Shown here: piece after piece, positions 1-9,993 of the stretch | Numbering within the stretch: position 1 is the stretch's first letter | Layout of the letters: each line of letters opens with the position of its first letter | Assembly: GCF_006345805.1 (NCBI RefSeq) | Contig: NW_021825496.1 | Span: 1 to 15,609, forward strand | DNA: 15,609 bases | Direction of reading: 5' to 3' | Source: Octopus sinensis | Lineage: Eukaryota | Translations under genes and position numbers: made by a program | Notes under the pieces: model-generated | The model's input: only the letters and a program-made list of their open reading frames with translations | Told to the model about the DNA's origin: nothing | Database searches by the model: none

Positions 1-1542
1 TGATAGATTCCCCGTTAGTCTCCTGAAGGAATGTAAACACCAACTTGCTGTCCACTGACCAACCTATGGAGGATTCATTAGATGCAGTTATATACCAAAA
101 CAGTTTCTCTATCCCAGTCAATCATCCCGGTTTTCAAACAGGGAAACGGATCCCTCGCACTCAACTATCGCCCAATCTATCTCACTCACCTCCCACATCA
201 TCAAAGTGTTTGAAAGAGTGTTAAGATCAAGGATGGCTGACTTCCTGGAGACCCAGAAACTACTAAATGCAAATCAGCATGGCTTTCACTGTGGCAGGGA
301 CTGTCTAACACAGCTTCAAAACCACATTGAAGATGTACTCAAAGCCTTGGGAACAGGTTCGAACTCTGATGTCATATATCTTGACTTCAGTAAAGCGTTC
401 GACAGGGTAGACCATAATATCCTACTCTCTCAAAATTGGCAAATGTTGGAATCCGTGGAAAAGTTCTACACTGGATTAAGTATTTCCTGGCGAATAGAAC
501 ACATGTTGTAGTTGATGGAGTCCACTCAAGCCCAGCAAAAGTCACCAGCGGTTGTCACCCGGGGACTGTCTTGGGTCCGCTACTCTTCATAATCAACATA
601 AACGAACCTTTCCAGTGTCGTACATTACTGCAAAGTGAAAATATTTGCTGATGACACACCAACTCCAGCAAATCGTCAATGAAGAAGCAGACCGAACTCA
701 ACTCCAGTCTGATCTATATGCTGTGATTCAATGGGCAGACAGAAACAAAATGCAACTGAACGAGGGAAATTTGAGCTGATGCATTTTGGAAGAAACTCCT
801 CACTAAAACAGCCATACTCTCTCCTTCAGGGGAACCGCTCACAGCCTCTAACAATATCAGAGACCTGGGTGTAATTGTTGATGACGATCTCAGTTGGAGT
901 GCACACATCAACAAGAAGGTCGATATAGCTCGTAGGATGAGTTCCTGGATCTTAAGAACTTTCCGGTCCTGAGAACAAGGTGTCATCATATCACTTTTTT
1001 CCTCCTTTGTACGGCCACACCTTGAATACTGCTGCCCACTGTGGTCTCCTCACACAAGACAAACATCTCCAGATTGAGTCACCCCAGAGGGCACTCACTA
1101 AACGCATTGAAGGCATGGCTGCTCTCGATTATTGGGATCGCCTTAAGCCTGAAACTTTACTCCCTCCAGCGTCGCGTCGCCGTGAGCGGTACATCATTTG
1201 TACGATGTGGAAAATATACCGTCAACTTTGCCCAAACGCCCTAAACATTAGCTTCAAGGTTCATCCAAGACTTGGACCACGGGCTATACGTCCCCTGCCC
1301 AATTCAAGAACAACATACATGTCACTGCAGCACAATTTCTTTTCCTCAACAGGCCCTGCCCTATTTAACATTGTCCCGAGAGATCAAAGAGGAAAAGGAT
1401 CCCATCAACTTTAAACAGAGTCTGGATAGATTCCTTCAAAGAATACCAGATAAGCCCCCATAATTGGATATAACTCACCCCACAAGACTCACTACTTGAC
1501 AAAACTGGATACAACTCACCCAACAAGAACTCACTACTTGAA
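1..1542 (+). pseudogene. Frameshifted LINE ORF2 (reverse transcriptase and C-terminal region)
   Basis: Stitching frames gives NYRPI..TSHIIKVFERV, NQHGF, VIYLDFSKAFDRVDH, GTVLGPLLFIININ, FADD (645-656), LGVIVDDDLSWSAHI, FVRPHLEYCCPLWSPH, QIESPQRALTKRI, LDRFLQRIPDKPP. There are many 1-2 bp indels and an in-frame TGA near 970. Confidence 0.9.
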
Positions 1543-1576
1543 CAAAACTTGACTTAAACAAAACTTGACTTAAACA
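1465..1576 (+). repeat. Tandem duplications at the ORF2 end: ~42-bp imperfect x2, then ~16-bp x2
   Basis: TGGATATAACTCACCCCACAAGACTCACTACTTGACAAAAC is followed by TGGATACAACTCACCCAACAAGAACTCACTACTTGAACAAAAC, then TTGACTTAAACA(AAAC) twice. The second 42-mer encodes the typical terminal peptide GYNSPNKNSLL. Confidence 0.8.
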
Positions 1577-1667
1577 GGATTCGAATAATCCTATCAGGTG
1601 GTGCTATTAAGTTAGACATGGCCTGGACCAATCTTTGGTCGAAACATATCTAAGTTTATCTAAGTTT

Positions 1668-1713
<46 letters not shown>

Positions 1714-1720
1714 CATATAC

Positions 1721-1800
1721 AACATGAGAAAATGGAGAAATACAACTAAATCATTAATCATTATCAGATAATACTTTATTAAACCTGTCTCAATTTGTAT
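1721..1800 (+). repeat. ~80-bp dispersed repeat, copy 1 (copy 2 at 4446-4527), both embedded in (TA)n
   Basis: ATGAGAAAATGGAGAAATACA..TAAATCA..ATCA.TTATCAGATAATACTTTATTAA.CCT....CA.TTTGTAT is shared by both loci. Confidence 0.85.
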
Positions 1801-2014
1801 ATATATATATATTTATATTTATATATATATATACTAAGCAATAAGGGTTTAGCAACGAATTGCCTTACCACATACCGAATTTAGAAATAGCAGTCAAGAG
1901 TTATAGCTATTTCTTCTACTAAAAGGGAGATCTCAGTAAAAACAGCAATTGGAAGGCAGACACAAACAGGTAGAGAGAATGAATTGACGCAATCTATCAT
2001 ACAATTTTAAGTTA

Positions 2015-2114
2015 TCTACGGACGTACGTTTCGAAATCAAGTTTTTAGGAAAGCATAAGAATTAAATATTAAATAATTCTATCTTACCAAAAACTTCCTT
2101 CTCTTCAGCGTAGA
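2015..2114 (-). ncRNA. Type I hammerhead ribozyme (family A, copy 1)
   Basis: Minus strand: UCUACG-CUGAAGA-GAAG...UUUC-GAAA-CGUACG-UC|CGUAGA. Stem I is UCUACG/CGUAGA and both core boxes are intact. Predicted GUC cleavage is between 2021 and 2020. Confidence 0.85.
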
Positions 2115-2343
2115 ATACTATAATCATAAATGATTATATATTGAATTTTGAGATACTAGAAGCCACCACTCAACTCAGTATCAGAGCGAGCTAGAATCCG
2201 CAACTAGTATCACCAAATTCAATGCGTGAATGAAAAGATTGTGTCACCAGCCCCTTCCCCCCGCGTGTAGCCAAAACAAGATGCTGTGGTCATCTACTGA
2301 GATAAAATATGGTTATCCGTAATAATGAAGGGTGAAAATTAAT

Positions 2344-3050
2344 TAATTTGGAATAATTATCAATTACACCAAGTAGTCTTCGGCATGTAAAAGCCTCATT
2401 CGAGGAAAATTTAAGTAATACTAAGCAATAAAGGGTTTAGCAACGAATTGCCTTACCACATACCGAATTTAGAAATAGCAGTCAAAGAGTTATAGCTATT
2501 TCTTCTAGTAAAAAGGGAGATCTCAGTAAAAACAGCAATTGGAAGGCAGACACAAACAGGTAAGAGAGAATGAATTGACGGCAATCTATCATACAATTTT
2601 AAGTTATCTACGGACGTACGTTTCGAAATCAAGTTTTTAGGAAAGCATAAGAATTAAATATTAAATAATTCTATCTTACCAAAAACTTCCTTTCTCTTCA
2701 GCGTAGAATACTATTGGTAAGATAGAATTATTTAATATTTAATTCTTATGCTTTCTAAAACTTGATTTCGAAACGTACGTCCGTAGATAATTTAAATTTG
2801 TATGATAGATTGCCGTCAATTCATTCTCTCTTACCTGTTTGTGTCTGCCTTCCAATTGCTGTTTTTACTGAGATCTCCCTTTTTAGTAGAAGAAATAGCT
2901 ATAACTCTTTGACTGCTATTTCTAAATTCGGTATGTGGTAAGGCAATTCGTTGCTAAACCCTTTATTGCTTAGTATTACTTAATTTTTCCTCGAATGAGG
3001 CTTTTACATGCCGAAGACTACTTGGTGTAATTGATAATTATTCCAAATTA
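2344..3050. repeat. Long inverted repeat, arms 2344-2682 and 2714-3050, 31-nt spacer; the right arm carries only the 3' half of the HHR (GAAACGTACGTCCGTAGA, 2770-2787, + strand)
   Basis: The arms match base by base as reverse complements apart from a few substitutions and 1-bp indels. Confidence 0.95.
2607..2707 (-). ncRNA. Type I hammerhead ribozyme (family A, copy 2)
   Basis: Minus strand: UCUACG-CUGAAGA(2701-2695)-GAAA..[AAGUUUUUGG/CUAAAAACUU; AGAAUUA/UAAUUCU]..UUUC-GAAA(2624-2621)-CGUACG-UC|CGUAGA. Predicted cleavage is between 2613 and 2612. Confidence 0.87.
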
Positions 3051-3075
3051 TATATATATATATAATATATATATA

Positions 3076-3118
<43 letters not shown>
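3049..3118. repeat. (TA)n microsatellite
   Basis: Seen directly in the sequence. Confidence 0.95.
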
Positions 3119-3122
<4 letters not shown>

Positions 3123-3273
3123 CAGTTACGCAATGGCGTCGATATAATCGCCTTAATCCGTATGTCTGTCTTTGTTTGTCCCCTCTGTGTTTAGCCTCTT
3201 ATGGTAGTAAAGAAATAGGTATTTCGGCTGCCGCAACGCTCTGAGTTCAAATTCCGCCGAGGTCGACTTTGCC
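3119..3273 (+). mobile_element. tRNA-derived SINE family 2: a 3' fragment (3119-~3224) fused to an internal head fragment containing a B box
   Basis: 3119-3224 matches 10578-10683. It is followed by a Pol III B-box-like GAGTTCAAATTCC (3243-3255) and GAGGTCGACTTTGCC, which I recognise from an abundant Octopus SINE. Confidence 0.7.
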
Positions 3274-3306
3274 TGCTATTTCTAGCATATGGATATTCTT
3301 CTTGAA

Positions 3307-3384
3307 GGCCTGATCGATTTGCTTGACTAAATGCGGTGCTCCAGCATGGCCACAATTAAATGACTGAACAAGTAAAATAAAGAA
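3307..3384 (+). mobile_element. SINE family 1, 3' fragment
   Basis: GACTAAATGCGGTGCTCCAGCATGGCCACA...TGACTGAACAAGTAAAATAAAGAA matches the SINE 3' end at 10490-10568. Confidence 0.85.
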
Positions 3385-3403
3385 CATATATATATCTTGT
3401 TTG

Positions 3404-3612
3404 ATTTTCCTTGTTTCAGTCATTTGACTGTGGCCATGCTGGAGCACCGCATTTAGTCGAGCAAATCAATCCCAAGACATTATCTTAAGCCTAGCGTTCT
3501 TGTCAAGCGATGTTGAGGGTGAGGGGAAACAACACACACACTCACACGCACATATATGTATACATTTATATACGATGGGCTTCTTTCAGTTTCCATCTAC
3601 CAAATCTATTCA
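3404..3612 (-). mobile_element. SINE family 1, 5'-truncated and internally deleted
   Basis: Reverse complement of the SINE 3' half, followed by the (CA)n tract and TACGATGGGCTTCTTTCAGTTTCCATCTACCAAATC, as in the full copy at 13519-13922. Confidence 0.85.
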
Positions 3613-4067
3613 TACATACACACACACAAACACACACACATATGTGTGTTTTCATTTCGGTGTCTGCGTGCGCGCGAGTTTCCAGTTCATTGTTTGTGCG
3701 TGTGTGTGTGTGTGCGCGCGCTAGTGTATGCGTGTGGGCGTGCGTGTGGGCGTGTGTGTGTGAGTGTGTACTGTGTATTTTCATTTGTGTGTGTGTGTTT
3801 TTGTCCGTATGTGTGTGTGCGTGTGTGAGTGTGAGTGTGTCTGAGTATTTTCATTTCTGTGTGTGTTATATGACTGGTTTTAATTATGTGTGCGTGTGTA
3901 TTTTCGTTTCTGTGTGGTGAGTGTTTCATGTGTAACTGTGCATTTTCATTTTGTGCATGAATGTGTGTGAGTGTTTGTGTGTGTGTCGTTACGCACGCAC
4001 GCACTGGTGTCGAAAGGCACAAACGCACACATACACACACGCAATTGAAAATAGTCACATACGCACG

Positions 4068-4099
<32 letters not shown>

Positions 4100-4380
4100 C
4101 CACGCACGCTCTCGCACACACACACACAAACACACACACACACACAAAAACACACACACGCACACACACAACACACACACACACCACACATATATATACA
4201 TTTCAAAATAGAAAATTGCCCATTAACAGGTAATTTTACATGCTAGAAATAGCAGCCCAAACTTTGCACGCATCCTTCATTTTCTAGCAAATTTTCAAGT
4301 CCATGAAAAATAAAAACCTTTATCTTGTTAATATCTTGTTAAATATATACAACTACATATATATATATACACACACACAC
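3533..4380. repeat. Composite (CA)n/(GT)n/(CA)n block plus a ~130-bp AT-rich repeat; paralogous to 7790-8950
   Basis: Non-microsatellite anchors are shared in the same order: SINE internal piece, TTTCCAGTTCATT, CTAGTGTATGCGTG, GTTACGCACGCACTGGTGTCGAAAGGCACAAACG, CAATTGAAAATA, ATTTCAAAATAGAAAATT...CCATGAAAAATAAA.ACCTTTATC. Confidence 0.85.
4198..4328 (+). repeat. ~130-bp dispersed repeat (other copies ~8769-8897 and ~10679-10792)
   Basis: ATTTCAAAATAGAAAAT...TTAACA.G.AATTT..ACATGCTAGAA.TAGCAGC...TTTTCT.GCAAATT.T.AAGTCC is present three times. Confidence 0.85.
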
Positions 4381-4527
4381 CACAAATAATATATATATAC
4401 ATAACTTGTATATATATATATATATAATATATATATATACATATACAAGATGAGAAAATGGAGAAATACATCTAAATCAAATATCAATTATCAGATAATA
4501 CTTTATTAACCCTATATCATTTTGTAT

Positions 4528-6739
<2,212 letters not shown>

Positions 6740-7789
6740 GGGGGCAAAGAAAATGATTGCGTCTCTCATAGCCCTCTCCTCTCCAGGTGTAATGATCGCT
6801 GCAGAACTTCTACCTGGCTGCGCCTTGCGGAAGTTCTTGCTTATGGCCTCTCCTCACTACGCACTGACTGTGGTCCACAGCAGCACCTTCAACGCGGTAC
6901 CCCTTGTTCTCACTGAGCCTGCTGTGTGGCGCCGACCGGGTGCTTGGCGGTATAACCGGGTGGGCAACTGGGCTCGTTAGCCTTGTTGACAGCCAGTCTA
7001 GGAGAAGGAAAACTCTGACTCCAAACCCTCGCTCCGCTGCCTTGCGGATGCTCTTGGAGAGGGAAAGGCTATGGGAGTAAACCCAGACAGAAATCCGGAG
7101 TGGAGCCCTGAAGGCGGTAGGGTGTCGAATCTCGACCCTTTTCCGGCACTCCTGCAGCCAACCAGACCCAAAACGTACTGCACTGCATTCCTTTGGATTA
7201 TGTCTGGGGCCCGAGAGGGAGATTCTGGTGTCTGGGCAGCCCAGTGTCTTCGTTCCTACCGCCCAGGCTTGCGCCATGGAGAAACTACTCCATCGATGGA
7301 ACAAGCTGAGATGGCATGTTACGAGTTTTAAGCCAGGGTGAATTGGCGTAATCCCGGGTGCTACTGGTCTCTAACGGTGGGAGGGATCATTGAAGTCCCA
7401 CTGGTCAGCTACCGCCCGCCTTAAGCTGGGCAGGCCCCCGGCCAATATGGGTGCTAAGCCGCACAGACTGGCCCGCTTCAATGGGTGCTTGGAGCTAGGA
7501 CAAAATCTGAAAAGCAGACTGAAAACACTCACCAGCAAACAAGGAAAAACAATACCCGTCTCCAGTCTTGCGACTGGCCACCTGGAATGTCAGGACCATG
7601 TGCCCTGGTCATTGACGATCTACGACAGATGAACGACAGTAGGAAGACAGCATTCATCAACACCGAATTGAAAAGGCTGAACATCGACATAGCGGCGCTC
7701 AAGAGACCAGGCTCGCCGCAGACGCATGCTACGGGAGAAGGACTACACCTTCTAACTGGCAGGGGAGACCCGTCGAGGAGGCCGCGCAG
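6740..7789 (+). mobile_element. RTE-clade LINE, 5' UTR and start of the ORF; 3'-truncated
   Basis: GC-rich segment carrying the RTE-type 5' UTR signature GGGCAACTGGGCTCGTTAGCCTTG...AGCCAGTCTAGGAGAAGGAAAACTCTGA...AAACC, followed by APE endonuclease N-terminal motifs. Confidence 0.85.
7485..7789 (+). pseudogene. N-terminal fragment of an RTE AP-like endonuclease, frameshifted
   Basis: Across frames: RLATWNVRTMCPG (7571-7609), DDLRQMNDSRKTAFINTELKRLNIDIAAL, (Q)ETRLAAD, EKDYTF.WQGRPVEE. WNVRT and IAALQET are APE domain motifs. Confidence 0.88.
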
Positions 7790-8697
7790 ACACACACACT
7801 CACACACACATAATTATACATTTATATACGATGGGCTTCTTTCATTTCCAATCAACCAAATCTATTCATACATACACACACACATATATGTGTTTTCATT
7901 TCTGTGTCTGCGTGCGCGCGTGTTTCCAGTTCATTACTTGTACGTGTGTGTGTGTGTGTGTGTGTGTGCGCTAGTGTATGCGTGTGAGCGTGTGTGTGTG
8001 AGTGTGTAACTGTATTTTCCTTTTTTGTGTGTGTGGTGTTGTGTGTGTCCGTATGCATGTGTGCATGTGTGAGTGTGAGTGTGTGTGAGTATTTTCATTT
8101 CAGTGTGTATGTGTGACTGTTTTTATTTATGTGTGCGTGTGTATTTTCGTTTCTGTGTGTGAGTGTTTGAGTGGTAACTGTGCATTTTCAATTTTGTGTG
8201 TGTATGCTTGTGGGCGTTTGTGTGTGTGTCGTTACGCACGCACTGGTGTCGAAAGGCACAAACGCACACATACACACACACACAATTGAAAATACAGTCA
8301 CACGCACGCACACCTTTTCCTGAGTTGCTTAGCAACGGGTAATAATAGAGAAAAATAGTTTTATATTGAGAGAGAGAGAAACTCATATGTTATATAGTGA
8401 GTTAAATACAGACAGAGAGAGAGCGTAAAAGACAGAGAGAGAGAGACAGACAGACAGACAGAGAGAAGAAGATCTTAAGTAACTTTCTGATGAAATTAAA
8501 TGGAGTCGTTCAGTTTGTCTGCAAAAGATACAATCGAACGCTACAGTAGCTAAACCTCTTTCGCTTCATTTTTCGGTTACAAAACGAAATGTCTATTTCA
8601 TATGTCACCAAAAATCGGAAGATTTTAAAGATACACGCAGACAAACACACACACAGACACACACACGCACACGCACACGCACACGCACACGCACACA

Positions 8698-8762
<65 letters not shown>

Positions 8763-8950
8763 GTATATATATTTCAAAATAGAAAATTACTCTTTAACAT
8801 GCAATTTTAACATGCTAGAAATAGCAGCAAAGATTGCTACGATCCATTATTTTCTGGCAAATTTTGAAGTCCATGAAAAATAAAGACCTTTATCTTTTTA
8901 TATATGTATATATATATACATCTACATATATATATATACACACACACACA
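7790..8950. repeat. Second copy of the composite block, with an extra segment (~8314-8640) absent from the first copy
   Basis: Colinear with 3533-4380 on both sides of the extra segment. Confidence 0.8.
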
Positions 8951-8991
8951 TATGTATAGATATATAAATATTAAAATAACTAAGTCTCTCT

Positions 8992-9017
8992 ATATATATA
9001 TATTTATATATTTATGT

Positions 9018-9082
<65 letters not shown>

Positions 9083-9112
9083 AATATATAAATATATAAT
9101 ATATATATAAAT
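8992..9112. repeat. (TA)n microsatellite
   Basis: Seen directly in the sequence. Confidence 0.95.
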
Positions 9113-9233
9113 AGAGAGACTTAGTTATTTTAATATTTCTATTATTGAAAACAAGTGGATGTATTTCACCGAAACTAGGTAAATAAAACCATCGAACAGA
9201 GATTGTCGGAAGCGACACCTACTGGCTGGCTAC

Positions 9234-9275
9234 GCTGCATTGAAAAGGGGCAATACCCCGAAACGCGTCTGTAGC
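9234..9275 (+). ncRNA. Type I minimal hammerhead ribozyme with a U3-A8 variant core (family B, unit 1)
   Basis: GCUGCA-UUGAAAA-GGGG caaua CCCC-GAAA-CGCG-UC|UGUAGC. Stem I has 6 bp (one G.U) and extends to 9219-9289. Stem II has 4 bp with G10.1-C11.1. Predicted cleavage is after 9269. Confidence 0.85.
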
Positions 9276-9592
9276 TGCCGGTCAAGTAGTGTGGAGCGAC
9301 TGACCTCCCTTGTTCGAAGGTTATATGGATACAGTTTGTGTATCAAATAGCTAACTTAAGGCGATGGCCTCATGGAGCTAATAAGCGGACAGCTTTTTCT
9401 TATTTTTATAAGAATGCCATATTAGTATGGCGATAACTATTATTTTCCGGGAACGCTGCCGCTGTTCTCTTTTAGAGAGACTTAGTTATTTTAATATTTC
9501 TATTATTGAAAACAAGTGGATGTATTTCACCGAAACTAGGTAAATAAAACCATCGAACAGAGATTGGGAAGCGACACCTACTGGCTGGCTAC

Positions 9593-9634
9593 GCTGCATT
9601 GAAAAGGGGCAATACCCCGAAACGCGTCTGTAGC
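9593..9634 (+). ncRNA. Type I minimal hammerhead ribozyme (family B, unit 2)
   Basis: Identical to unit 1. Predicted cleavage is after 9628. Confidence 0.85.
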
Positions 9635-9951
9635 TGCCGGTCAAGTAGTGTGGAGCGACTGACCTCCCTTGTTCGAAGGTTATATGGATACAGTTTGTGT
9701 ATCAAATAGCTAACTTAAGGCGATGGCCTCATGGAGCTAATAAGCGGACAGCTTTTTCTTATTTTTATAAGAATGCCATATTAGTATGGCGATAACTATT
9801 ATTTCGGGAACGCTGCCGCTGTTCTCTTTTAGAGAGACTTAGTTATTTTAATATTTCTATTATTGAAAACAAGTGGATGTATTTCACCGAAACTAGGTAA
9901 ATAAAACCATCGAACAGAGATTGTCGGAAGCGACACCTACTGGCTGGCTAC

Positions 9952-9993
9952 GCTGCATTGAAAAGGGGCAATACCTCGAAACGCGTCTGTAGC
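9952..9993 (+). ncRNA. Type I minimal hammerhead ribozyme (family B, unit 3)
   Basis: As unit 1, except stem II is GGGG/CCUC (a G.U wobble keeps the pairing). Predicted cleavage is after 9987. Confidence 0.83.

Larger units (their letters stand above)
1..1667 (+). mobile_element. CR1-group non-LTR retrotransposon (LINE), 3' portion including the 3' terminus; continues left of the window
   Basis: RT-domain peptides recovered across frames, followed by a short 3' UTR. The UTR ends in a GACCAA-tct-TTGGTC stem-loop (1626-1640) and a 10-bp tail ATCTAAGTTT x2 (1648-1667), then (TA)n. The clade call rests on the C-terminal motifs RPHLEYC..WSP, LDYW.RLK.LKLYSLQRRRER and LDRFL..IPD.P. Confidence 0.88.
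1831..3050 (-). mobile_element. Hammerhead-bearing non-autonomous element (retrozyme / Penelope-pLTR-like): ~590-bp direct repeat (1.5 units) plus a 5' inverted copy
   Basis: 1831-2121 repeats at 2418-2714. 2714-3050 is the reverse complement of 2344-2682. Each direct copy contains a complete HHR on the minus strand. There is no ORF, and both sides are flanked by (TA)n. Confidence 0.75.

Noticed and set aside
648-654. CTGATGA box in the LINE
   Set aside because: It encodes the RT catalytic motif FADD, and no hammerhead stems are present.
2122-2417. Penelope GIY-YIG or RT remnant between the direct repeats
   Set aside because: I saw no recognisable motif in a partial manual translation, so the Penelope link remains inference.
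2556-2566. CAG|GTAAGA splice donor-like site and opposite-strand polypyrimidine/AG in the family A unit
   Set aside because: These are short motifs without exon or transcript support, and they are common by chance in AT-rich DNA.
6950-7000. ACCGGGT-GG-GCAAC resembling the P1/P1.1/P4 junction of HDV-like ribozymes
   Set aside because: I found no matching P1 5' strand, P3/L3 (UCCNCG) or J4/2 by eye. It is left as a computational check only.
6753-7632. ORFs of 61-164 aa in the GC-rich segment
   Set aside because: They lie in the RTE 5' UTR, have no recognisable motifs and are expected by chance at this GC content.
8487-8493. CTGATGA box in the unique segment
   Set aside because: There is no correctly placed GAAA/UH and no stem I or II pairing around it.
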